Positions 8,636 to 18,747 of a stretch of DNA of 64,000 nucleotides are shown here, piece after piece; the first letter of the stretch is position 1; each line of letters begins with the position of its first letter. Below the pieces are notes generated by a model. That model was not told the DNA's origin and made no database searches. It was given only the letters and a program-made list of their open reading frames with translations. Origin of the DNA: Macrostomum lignano (lineage: Eukaryota); contig NIVC01000340.1 of the NCBI GenBank assembly GCA_002269645.1, positions 1 through 64,000 on the forward strand. The letters run 5' to 3'. Position numbers and translations under genes: made by a program.

Positions 8636-9958
8636 ATGAACCATTTGCTTGGACCTGATATTGCTGCTCTTAAAAGTGAATTGTCGCTATTTGATCAAAG
8701 TCCTGTTCAGTTTAGTGTTTTGGATAATCGATATACTAACATTCAACCGCAACATGGTATTACAAAAGGATCACCTATCGAATTTGAAGTTGTGCCTGCA
8801 GGCGATTTGTATTTGGATCTACAAGAAACTGTGCTCACGGTATGCTTCAGCGTTAGTGATAGTGAAGGTGAACCTATAGATGCAACGAAAAATTTTGTTT
8901 GTTTGAATAATTTGGTTATTGGAACATTGTTTGAGGACGTTCAATTTACTATTGGCGATACTGTAGTTGAAGGTGGTAGTTTTATGTATCCATACAAGGC
9001 TATGCTTCTTACATTACTGGAATATGGACATACAGCTCAGAAGGCTGGTTTACTGCCGTGGGGGTTTTACAAGGATACAGCTGGTAAAATGAATGCAACA
9101 AGTGAAAACGATGGACGAACAAAGAGGCAGGCGCTCATTGCTAACAATAGGCGGTGCACTGTATCGGGGCCGTTATTCTTGGATTTGTTTCGTCAGCCTC
9201 GGTATCTACTATCAAAGACACCACTACGGATCAAGCTCATACCGGCAAAAAGTAAATTTGTCCTGAGCGGGTCAACATTAGAAGCTGGTGCGGTTTTAAA
9301 AGACTATGAGATCAAGTTTTTGCGTGCAGAACTACGATTGCGGTTTGTTCAACCCTCGCCGAGTGTTATCAGTGCACATGCTCATGGACTTAAAAGTCAC
9401 AATGCATTATATCCGCACCGAAGTCTAAGCCTTGGTACGTTTACTATACCCCGAGGATCGTCTAGCCATACGCATGAAAATTTGTTTCCTAGTGGGGTAC
9501 CACGGCTTTTATTGATGGCAATCGTAAGCAACAAGGCATTCAATGGAAGCATGGACACAAATCCGTTCAACTTTGAGCATGCAAATGTGAGCAGCATTGG
9601 TGTGTTTGTGAATGGAGACTCGGTACCATCGCGTCCGCTGCAGACAAACTTTGGAGATGATTGTGTGACAGAGTATAATTTTTTGCTACAACAGCTTGGA
9701 ATCTATCTACAGGGACGAGATATTGGATTTAATATGCTGGATTACGCCAATGGTTACTCAATTTTTGCATTCAGTCTTGGAAGTGAACCTGGTGTCGGAC
9801 GGGGAGTGCAACTGTATAAGGAAGGAAATGTAAAACTAGAGTTACGCTTCAATGCTGCAACTAGTACCGTGTACAACGTCATATTTGGAGGTATATTTGA
9901 CAAGCAACTGCAACTGACTGAACTTCGCGACATTGTTCCTGGCACAGTATGGAAGTAA
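8636..9958 (+). CDS. Major capsid protein (double jelly roll)
   Basis: ELSLFDQSPVQ..PIEFEV...DLYLDL.ET, LFxDV, YPYKA, LF.QPRYL, NPFNF, FAFSL and GNVKLELRF motifs typical of Maverick MCP. Confidence 0.92.
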   Translation: MNHLLGPDIAALKSELSLFDQSPVQFSVLDNRYTNIQPQHGITKGSPIEFEVVPAGDLYLDLQETVLTVCFSVSDSEGEPIDATKNFVCLNNLVIGTLFEDVQFTIGDTVVEGGSFMYPYKAMLLTLLEYGHTAQKAGLLPWGFYKDTAGKMNATSENDGRTKRQALIANNRRCTVSGPLFLDLFRQPRYLLSKTPLRIKLIPAKSKFVLSGSTLEAGAVLKDYEIKFLRAELRLRFVQPSPSVISAHAHGLKSHNALYPHRSLSLGTFTIPRGSSSHTHENLFPSGVPRLLLMAIVSNKAFNGSMDTNPFNFEHANVSSIGVFVNGDSVPSRPLQTNFGDDCVTEYNFLLQQLGIYLQGRDIGFNMLDYANGYSIFAFSLGSEPGVGRGVQLYKEGNVKLELRFNAATSTVYNVIFGGIFDKQLQLTELRDIVPGTVWK

Positions 9959-10512
9959 TTGATTCTATCCTAGATCGTGGTGTAACAGATCGCTTCCTTC
10001 GCAATGTTGTATCGAAATTGTGCGCACATTTTTTAAATGTTGTATTTCTTGGTGTTTTTCCTCAAAACTTTGTTGGTGGACTTAGACGCTTACCTTTAGA
10101 CGGTAAAGACTATTTTTTTATCGTTAATACTGACGTCTCCAACCTGCCCGGAAAACATTGGGTATGCGTTTGGGTTTATGGTCATCGAGCAGGTCGCGGT
10201 AGCAAACGACTTGGTGAATATTTTGATTCTCTTGGTCTAGTACCATTGCCAAGAATAGCAAAATGGCTAGGAAAAGAATGTGGAAATTCGAAAAATTGGT
10301 GTTATAGTCGCTTTGCTATCCAAGACCCACAGAGTGGAAGTTGTGGATTTTGGGTAATTTTTTATATTTTTCATAAGTTGACTACCAGAGGAAACCTAGA
10401 GTGTTTTATTCGAAGCGTTTTTAAACGGAATATAATTCGCACTGGTTCGTTTCGATACTTGTATGCTAAATTACGCAATTTTGTTTTACGAGTGCTGCCT
10501 CAATATTTGTAA
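9949..10512 (+). CDS. Adenain-like cysteine maturation protease
   Basis: FLGVFP, IVNTD..PGKHWV (His), EYFDSLG (Asp), QDPQSGSCG (Gln/Cys). Confidence 0.93.
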   Translation: MEVIDSILDRGVTDRFLRNVVSKLCAHFLNVVFLGVFPQNFVGGLRRLPLDGKDYFFIVNTDVSNLPGKHWVCVWVYGHRAGRGSKRLGEYFDSLGLVPLPRIAKWLGKECGNSKNWCYSRFAIQDPQSGSCGFWVIFYIFHKLTTRGNLECFIRSVFKRNIIRTGSFRYLYAKLRNFVLRVLPQYL

Positions 10513-10841
10513 ACTCGCTAATTTGTGCGTCAAATTGTGTTTGTATCTAGTTGAAATATACAATACTGCTTGAAAAGAAGAATTTAAATGCGTTAAGTTA
10601 TACGCGAAATAAGCTTTGTGTCAAATTGAATTTTGGTTGGGCTTGTAATTAGCTGCATTCATTGCGGATAGAATTTAGGTGGATAGACAGGTGTTTGCGT
10701 AAAAGTGATTCAGCTAATTGGTTAATTCATTGCGTAAAAGCTAGTTTGCGTGCACGGCAAATTTCAGACTCTGCCATTTTTTTGGGCCTGTACTTACTAT
10801 GTATTTCGCCATAAGGAAATCGGCTTTGTGTCAAAAAAACG

Positions 10842-10850
10842 TATACTACT
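10842..10850. other. Right terminus of the Maverick (end of the terminal inverted repeat)
   Basis: TATACTACT abuts unrelated simple repeat; repeated TTGCGTAAAAG-like subterminal motifs at about 10695-10750. The TSD candidate CCCTCA cannot be checked because the left end is absent. Confidence 0.65.
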
Positions 10851-11095
10851 CCCTCATTCCCAGTCTCTGTCTCCCTCTCAATCTCAGTCTCTGTCTCCCT
10901 CTCAATCTCAGTCTCCCTTTCAATCTCAGTCTCTGTCTCCCTCTCAATCTCTGTCTCCCTCTCAATCTCAGTCTCCCTCTCAATCTGTCTCCCTCTCAAT
11001 CTAAATTTCTGTCTACTTCTCGTCTGTCTTCCTCGCAACTTCAATCTCAATCTCAATCTCCCTCTCAATCTCTGTCCCCCTCTAAATCACTACTT
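10851..11095. repeat. Hexamer-based CT-rich microsatellite
   Basis: Iterations of TCTCAA/TCTCAG/TCTGTC/TCCC. Confidence 0.9.
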
Positions 11096-11509
11096 TTCTT
11101 AGATGTGTCACCATAAACTCTGCGTCTTACTTCAAGGAGACTCGCCCAATCAGGGACCCAACGGTAGAACGGCTCTTCTCAGACCAAACTCGAAGTGAAG
11201 ATCATCAATCACGTTGGTCCCCAGACTCCCAATCTGCATCCGGTAGTTTAACTACGAGACCACTCTAATCGATGAATAAATTGGATTTGATGATGGCGGC
11301 ACGATGCAGTCTCTGATGCATCAGAAACAGGGCATTAATCGCTTGGTTACATACAGGAAGCAGCCGCGGTAGCTTTAGGCTCTGATAGGTCAATTTGTCA
11401 AGTAGAATATTCATCAGCCTCATCTTCGAGGTTGGTTAGATTCTTCTTGTACTCAAATCATTAAATACACATCAGCATCCGCCTCTCAAAGATGGTGATT
11501 CTCGAGGAT

Positions 11510-12307
11510 GCTGAAGGGTGATTCTCAAAGAGGCTGAAGGGCGATTCTCAAGGATACTGAAAGGCGATTCTCAAAGAGGCTGAAGGGCGATTCTCAAGGA
11601 AACTGAAAGGCGATTCTCAAAGAGGCTGAAGGGCGATTCTCAAGGATACTGAAGGGCGATTCTCAAAGAGGCTGAAGGGCGATTCTCAAGGATACTGAAG
11701 GGCGATTCTCAAAGAGGCTGAAGGGCGATTCTCAAAGAGGCTGAAAGGCGATTCTCGAGGATACTGAAGGGCGATTCTCAAAGAGGCTGAAGGGCGATTC
11801 TCAAGAATTTGCTGAAAGGCGATTCTTAAAGATGCTGAAGGGCGGTTATTATAAAGATGTTGAAAGGCGATTCTCAAGGATGCTGAAGGGCGATTTTCAA
11901 GGATGCTGAAGGGCGATTCTCAAGGATACTGAAGGGCGATTCTCAAAGAGGCTGAAGGGCGATTCTCAAGAATTTGCTGAAAGGCGATTCTTAAAGATGC
12001 TGAAGGGCGGTTATTATAAAGATGTTGAAAGGCGATTCTCAAGGATGCTGAAGGGCGATTTTCAAGGATGCTGAAGGGCGATTCTCAAAGAGGCTGAAGG
12101 GCGATTCTCAAGGATACTGAAGGGCGATTCTCAAAGAGGCTGAAGGGCGATTCTCAAAGACGCTGAAGGGCGATTCTCAAGGATACTGAAGGGCGATTCT
12201 CAAGGATACTGAAGGGCGATTCTCAAAGAGGCTGAAGGGCGATTCTCAAAGACGCTGAAGGGCGATTCTCAAGGATACTGAAGGGCGATTCTCAAGGATG
12301 CTGAAGG
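11510..12307. repeat. 23-bp minisatellite
   Basis: GAAGGGCGATTCTCAA followed by AGAGGCT or GGATACT, in tandem. Confidence 0.95.
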
Positions 12308-12342
12308 CCTTTTACAATGAGACTGAATTGCAATTCTCAATG

Positions 12343-12592
12343 ATAATAATATTTGATTACACCTGCTCTATTGTGCGGCGCATCTGAAGGCTGCCTACAA
12401 CTGTTCAGTCCAAGGAATGGGGGGTCGTCACACACACCCTCAATTACCCCAGCTATTAGCACCCATTTTCACAGCTGGGTGAACTGAAGCAATGCGGAGT
12501 TCTTGCTCAAGGACACAAATTGTTCCGAGTGAGTCGAGAATCGAACCCCCGACCTTTCAGTCGTGAGTCCGACACTCTAACCACAAGGCTAC
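12343..12592 (-). mobile_element. tRNA-derived SINE (MetaSINE-like central domain)
   Basis: Minus strand: A box TAGCCTTGTGGTTAGA, B box GGTTCGATTCTC, then GTGTCCTTGAGCAAG..CTTCAGTTCACCCAGCTGTGAAAATGGGT and an (ATT)n tail; no acceptor stem. Confidence 0.75.
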
Positions 12593-13406
12593 ATTACAAG
12601 GTCAGAAGCTGCTAAGTAACGATTTATTGCCATTAATAATGCACTGATCGAGCTGGGGCTCGTTGTTAAGAGTAGCTTAAGTGTGTGCTGAATTACCGCG
12701 CGCGCGCGCGTGTGATATTGATCAATTTAATTGGCCCGGCCTATATTAGTCAGTCAGTTATTAATGACAAGCCATTACAGGCTTATATATATATCTAGGT
12801 CGATTTTTGAGCAGTATCGCCGGAGGAATAAAGTTCACTATGGTTTTATGATTAGATTATTTGTGTTATTTTATATTATTAATTAATTCCGGCCTTCGAC
12901 ATACTGTAGGTATAATCGAAAGAAACTGTGAGGCCTAACTTTTGATGAGCGGGCGAGAGTTGCCGGTGCAGTTAGGTAATCAGGAACTTCGTCATGAATA
13001 CCCCACGGGGGGCTCGTGTTTGAATATGTTTAGCAAAGAACAAAAAACAACGCCATCCAAATACAAACAAACGTAATCAACGCAAGTTATCGGGCTTAAA
13101 AGAAGTTCTGAAACAGATACAGTATAGTGTAGATCTACCTTCAGTTTGACAATGAAACTCTTAACTTTATTCTCCTATTTATGATCTTTTTCACGAGTCG
13201 TGTGCTATGTAGCTATAACACGTACGTAATACTCTAGTTTCACAGTTCCACACGTATGAATCAAGGGCTACTTACTTAACAACTAATTGTGATCTATGTA
13301 GAAGATAGAGCACGGTGTGAGCCTTATATTGCCCGCTATTCCAAGCAGTTAGTCAAGTTGCGGGCTTTACTTTTCAACCATTTGTCTATGGCTCGATCCC
13401 AACTCC

Positions 13407-13443
<37 letters not shown>

Positions 13444-14632
13444 AATCATATATATGCTATTATATATATGCTCTATATGAGATAAAGCACGCTATTTTCC
13501 GGGCACTATTTTTAGGGCCCGAGAGCCCAAAAGGCTCACACCATGCTCTATGAGCGAACTTAAAGATAAAATTGCAAATGTACCGGTAGACGAAAAACTT
13601 TTACAGATTACCCGGTAAAAAAACATTGAATACTTTGAAAGCCATAGAAAGTAGCTAAAAACATAATAAACTCTCCAAGTACCAGCAACGCCAAGCATTG
13701 AGTACTTTAAAAGTCAATCCAAGTACAAAGTACCAGTGCTGACTTCGAAAGTTTTCAACGTTTTTCTATCGGGTAGGCGTGTCTTTGTCTAATTACATTT
13801 ATGATTTATGAAGTGTGCAGTATACTATTTGGTACTGATCGCGAGTCTCATGAATTATGTACATTTGAATTTTGAAAAATATTTTACCGTACTGTATACA
13901 ATTATTGCATTTTACTGCGTTACTTACTACATTACTACATTTTACTAAATCACTAAATTAAATTACTATACCAAGCTTATATGCACATTTTAATATATAA
14001 ATGTAAAAAAATTAGTGACCACCAATGCAATGCAGTACAGATTCCTAATTAAGGACAATTTAAACGCCTAAAATCATTAAAATATAAATGAAAAAATATA
14101 AAATTTCCATTCATATTATTATCTATATACCGTAAAACGCTACAAAAGTTATAGAACTTAAAACTTATTTAATTATATATAATATAACCTGTATGTAGGA
14201 ATTAACAAATTTAATTAGCAAATTCGTAAAGAATAGCGCATTAAGTACCACAAACGTTTCTGTTTCAAATATTACAATTACTTACTGAATAATACTAAGA
14301 CAAGTTTAAAAAAATTATAATAAATGCGCATGTAAATTAGGCAACATCTTGCAGTAAATCCGAAAAGTAGTAAGTTTAACAAAAATAAATTGCTTTTTTA
14401 TGTAGACTTTAAGTAAATATACAATCAGTTTATTATACAAACAAGAATTATATCTATTAACGACGTTTAAGTGTTTTTAAGAAACCTTCTTGCATAAATA
14501 TGCAATTAGGTGCGACTTTTAATTTCTTGTTTTTTTATCGTGTACGAAACTACGAGTAGCTATAAGAATAGAGTTTATAACTATTCATTTTTAGCAAAAG
14601 TACCAATTATCTACTGCAGAACTTCTTCGAAA

Positions 14633-15802
14633 ATGTTTTTCAGAAAGCAAAGCCTATTCTGCTTGCGGCGAAAAACGCTATTCATGTGCTGCATCGTCGT
14701 CTCTTCTTGCATAATACTTTTGATAAAAACTTTTCCATCAGACTGCTCTGGGGATTATGAATCTATCAGCGACCGCCTGGAGGAATTACAAGAGCCAGCG
14801 CAACTGAATGCACGCATTGAATCGAATTCATCGGAGTTTAATAAACAATATGCCGAACTCCTGCGGCTGCAAGACAGCTCAATGTTTTTCATTCAAAGAC
14901 GGACACGAATGCCTCTTATGCGCCTAGAGGATCAAGAACGTAACTTTAGCTACCGGGCGCAGATCGGTAGACAGTGGATGCTACGTAAGAACGTGGTTTT
15001 TGTGGCAACAGTGCAGAATGCCAGAGTACGCTTGCGGAAAAACATCGACAGCATGCACAGATTGGGAAAGCTATTCAACGACTACTGGCTGATTTTTGTC
15101 GAAAACGATTCAACCGATGGCACGCGCGAGTTGCTCCATGAAGTTCTTCAAAAAAACAACCAAACAGTGATTCTTGGGTGTCAGCCCATTAATTCAAGAG
15201 CGCCTTGCAAAATGAATATTAAATATCGGTCTGGTAAGCTTCACAGACCCGGATGGGGCCAGAAACGCACAGAGCAGGATCGTATAGATCGCGGTGTTGT
15301 AATGAGCGTTCTAAGAAACATGTACTTGGACTATATATACGACAACTTAAAGGAAACCGCGGATCTAGTCATTGTCACCGACCCGGATATTGAATGGAAA
15401 CCCTGGAGTTTAGATAATATCGCCCAGGGAATGTATTACTTTAGCGCCAAGCCGAAACTGGACATCCTGTGCGCTAATACCCGCCTCAACAACGACCTGT
15501 ATGACCCGTGCGCCCGCTCCTACTTCAGCAAGAAACGGTACACCAGCGTCACGGAATATGATCGCAGCATTATAACTGATAAAATTGCTACAGTCCAAAA
15601 CAGCATACCTGTCAAGGTTGAGTCTTGCTTCTCGGCTTTCGCCATCTATAGGGCTAGGAGTATTGCGACGAGCCGGCTGAGACACTACCCGGTGCCTGAG
15701 GAACGAAGCTGCGAGCACAACACGCTGGCAAGGCGGCTACAGGAGATCTACATTGACCCAGCCATGAAGCTGGTAATCAGGTCGCAGTTTGCTCACGCAT
15801 AG
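14633..15802 (+). CDS. Intronless type II membrane GT-A glycosyltransferase, CAP59/GT69-like
   Basis: N-terminal TM segment (LFMCCIVVSSCIILLI); IFVENDSTDGT, LRNMYLD, VTDPDI (DxD), LYDP, VESCFSAFAIY and CEH motifs. Confidence 0.75.
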   Translation: MFFRKQSLFCLRRKTLFMCCIVVSSCIILLIKTFPSDCSGDYESISDRLEELQEPAQLNARIESNSSEFNKQYAELLRLQDSSMFFIQRRTRMPLMRLEDQERNFSYRAQIGRQWMLRKNVVFVATVQNARVRLRKNIDSMHRLGKLFNDYWLIFVENDSTDGTRELLHEVLQKNNQTVILGCQPINSRAPCKMNIKYRSGKLHRPGWGQKRTEQDRIDRGVVMSVLRNMYLDYIYDNLKETADLVIVTDPDIEWKPWSLDNIAQGMYYFSAKPKLDILCANTRLNNDLYDPCARSYFSKKRYTSVTEYDRSIITDKIATVQNSIPVKVESCFSAFAIYRARSIATSRLRHYPVPEERSCEHNTLARRLQEIYIDPAMKLVIRSQFAHA

Positions 15803-16851
15803 AGACCCAGTGGATTTATCAAGTCATTGTTTATCCCATTGCATTAAAAACATACCATTTATAAAATAGTAAACTACACGAAGAAAGACAGCTATGTAAA
15901 ATTGGATCTGTTTCTCTGATAACTCTACCAGTAATCCGAAGTAATATTGAGATTAAGAAGCTATTCAAAGATTTTTTGCGATGGTGGCATAGTGGCATAA
16001 ATTAAATAATTTTTTTATTTGATAAGTTACAAATAAAGTAGGAAACTAAAATTAAAATCAAATAAATGAACAAATAATTGAATTAAAGTTTGCCCCATTG
16101 AAGATAGATGTATACTTACAAGAAACAATTAAGATGCATAACTTATAAGAGATCATGAGTCATGACTTTATTATGTCACTGCATCCAAATCTATAAGTTT
16201 CAGATTTTTCAAACTTTTTTTATCAAAAATGTATATGCTTGTTAGAAATGTTTATAGATCTCTTGCTGGATATCCTTGTTTATGCTCTTTGATAACTATT
16301 CAATTTTCTATCAATTTTTCACGTATATTGTTAGAATACAGTAGGTAATATCACAACTGTTGTCATTATAAAATTTTATAAAATCTTTGCATAAGCCATC
16401 TAGTATGGTTTTTTCTATTATTCTCACTTGAAGAAATTCAAATCTCAAAGTGTTCTGAAATAGTTTTATTATTTCTTACTTTGCATTGGTTACCTGCTGT
16501 AATAACTAATAGTATTGAATAGTTCATGTGTTATGCTATGCAAACAACAATGGTAGCTATTAACTGAGAAGCAAACATAATTTTCTACAGTTTAGTTTTT
16601 CTCTTTTCCCAATTTTAAGGACCAATTTTAACCGACCTTGCTTTTGCACAAATTTTCCATTTGAGTTGTACAGCAGTTTCTTTCATCCATTTGTTAGCTC
16701 GTGGGTTTCTTTTACTCGTATTTAGCCACTCTCGTTTACTTTATCATTACTGCATGGCGTAATCGCAGCTTCTTTAATAGTCCAGATTTAATCGGTCTAT
16801 AGGGACCGATTATAGACAATTATAGAGACCGATAAAATATGGACTAGCTCG

Positions 16852-17618
16852 TGTTGTGCCGTAGTGTACTTTCACTGCCTAGCGATCTCAGGCTTGCAGT
16901 TAATTGGCGCACTGGGACACTGCACTTTCCCTCCTCAGTTGTTTATGCACCACCCACCCCAGTCTGTCTGAGCCAGCCGGCTTTGGCTGGCTGCGCCACC
17001 CCTCTCAGCGCGTCCCCCCCCCAAGTTTTCCGTCTCTTGCGCAGCTGCTGATTGGTACGGGCCGCCTCTCTCACGCGCCGGCCAATCAGCAGCTTTCTCG
17101 CTGTAATGTGCTAAGCTGGTTGTGTGGCTGGTCGGGTGGGCGCGGGGGGTGATACCCCGCGGCCTAGCCGGCCAACCCAAATATATATTTAGCGCGGTGT
17201 AGCGGCAGTGAGGGACCAACTTTGGCTGCTACCTTCCAACCCAACTCAGCTCTGAGATTCCACTGCCCATATCGATTAGAACCGAGACGCCCCTACGGGT
17301 ACGCAACGTCTGAGAATCCGCGCTACCGGCTAGTCCTTCGCCGCCGTGTTCATTCCTCAGTAAGAACTTGAGTCTCGTTGTGTTGTTCATTGTTCGGTAC
17401 GGGACATACTGTATCGGGTACTGCCGTAGGGACGAGCTGCTGGCTAGGAACGAGAGGCGATAGTACGCACCGCCCGACACCGGCAGCTCGGTCAGTGTCG
17501 GACGCCATCACTGGCTCGCCACCCTAGAAGGGGTACTTGTACTCTGGTATTAGTCTTAGGAGGCCGTAGCTGCTCGATGATCACGAGCCGCCCCCCGGAG
17601 ATTTCGCATTACATAACA
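16852..17618 (+). repeat. 5' LTR (767 bp)
   Basis: TGTTGTG...ACATAACA; near-identical to 24419-25189; contains inverted CCAAT boxes (17043-17094) and TATATAT at 17182. Confidence 0.97.
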
Positions 17619-17619
17619 C

Positions 17620-17638
17620 TTGTGCCGTGACCAGGATT
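17620..17638 (+). promoter_or_regulatory. Primer-binding site complementary to the tRNA-His 3' end
   Basis: TTGTGCCGTGACCAGGATT versus expected TGGTGCCGTGACCAGGATT (1 mismatch), 1 nt after the LTR. Confidence 0.8.
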
Positions 17639-17788
17639 TAGGAGTTTAGTTTACTGTAACCTGGGTTGTATTTTTATTTGTCAGCAGCTTGCGCGCCTCT
17701 TAGATCTATGCACTGTTAATCTGTCACTTTCTCTATCCCGGTCAATCTCTTAGTCTTTTCTCCCTGTTAAGTTGTCTTTCGAATCCCG

Positions 17789-18747
17789 ATGGCCAACGTT
17801 GACGACCTCATCAATGCGCTTACAGCTAGAGTGCAGAATAATTTGAACGTAGGGCAAAGAGTGCCCCGACCATCCAAGTTTGTGCTGAGTCAGGATTTTG
17901 CACTGTGGATGCAGCAGTTTACAGCGTATTGTGAGGCTGCAGAGATCCCTGAAGAAGACAGGAAGCAGCACCTAATTAGCCTGATGGACTTCAATACAGC
18001 TTATCGAGCTATTGCCAATCTTGAACTGCCGGACGATCTAGAGTTTGAAGATTTTGTTGAACGCCTTTCACAACGATTCAACCAGCATCACACCCCGCAA
18101 GACAGTAAGATCGAATTGAGGAGTCAGGACCAAAAGAAGGATGAGTCAGTGGAAAGCTATGCCGACGCCCTTCGCGAAATTGTCCGCCGGGCCTATCCGA
18201 ACCTGCCGGCAGATCAGAGAGATGAGTTGGCCAGGGACCGGTTCCCTCTAGGTGCTAGAATTGCCGATAGAGTTCGTGAGCACTTGCTACTGCAGGAGCC
18301 AGAGACCCTCGACGCAACTTGTAGGTGGGTAAGACAGAGTATGGCATCCCTCCGCACAGCTCAGGCAAGCACCGACAAGCCATGGCCATCAGTGAACTCG
18401 TCTGCACTACGCAAGATGAGACAGTCAGACTCCGCGAAAAACTGAAACAGCTGAGATTGGAGCTGCAGGCCTTGAAGGCTAGGCAGGGTGCAGGAGTCAG
18501 CCATCGTGAGCACCCAAATCCCCAACCTACCCAGGCCGCAGCACCGACTCATAGAGCTGTTCAGTGTGGTCGACGCTTTGGGACCAATCACGTGACCCGT
18601 CAGTGTAGGAACCCAATAGTGTGCAGCTACTGCAGAAGGCCGAACCACGTCAAAGCCAGGTGTCAGCAGCTAGCGAGGGATCAACAGATGGGAAACGAGA
18701 GAGGGACCTGGAGGCAGGGCCATCCAGGGTCCCAAGCCAGTCACTAG
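17789..18747 (+). pseudogene. gag: Gypsy gag, one internal frameshift near 18410
   Basis: Capsid-like W..QF..YC..RF..QK..ESVESYADALRE..AYP; zinc knuckles CGRRFGTNHVTRQC and CSYCRRPNHVKARC. Confidence 0.9.
18690..18733 (+). promoter_or_regulatory. Programmed -1 ribosomal frameshift signal (gag to pol)
   Basis: Slippery heptamer G GGA AAC in the gag phase; 6-nt spacer; stem GGGACCTGGA / TCCAGGGTCCC; the -1 frame is the protease frame. Confidence 0.75.

Larger units (their letters stand above)
1..10850 (+). mobile_element. Maverick/Polinton (adintovirus-like endogenous dsDNA virus), right-hand portion; left end and pPolB lie outside the window
   Basis: Co-oriented hallmark genes: packaging ATPase, penton, rve integrase with chromodomain, double-jelly-roll MCP and adenain protease. 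Ends in TATACTACT at 10850, the reverse complement of the AGTAGT-type Polinton terminus, followed by unrelated microsatellite. Confidence 0.95.

Noticed and set aside
11100-11500. Possible host exons right of the Maverick
   Set aside because: Short open stretches with splice-like ends exist on both strands, but I found no consistent chain or recognisable protein.
12520-12592. tRNA gene on the minus strand
   Set aside because: A and B boxes are present but there is no acceptor-stem pairing, and it runs into a SINE body.
16935-17219. ORFs inside both LTRs (also 24510-24785)
   Set aside because: Duplicated only because the LTR is duplicated; no domain evidence, and they differ by indel-sensitive changes.
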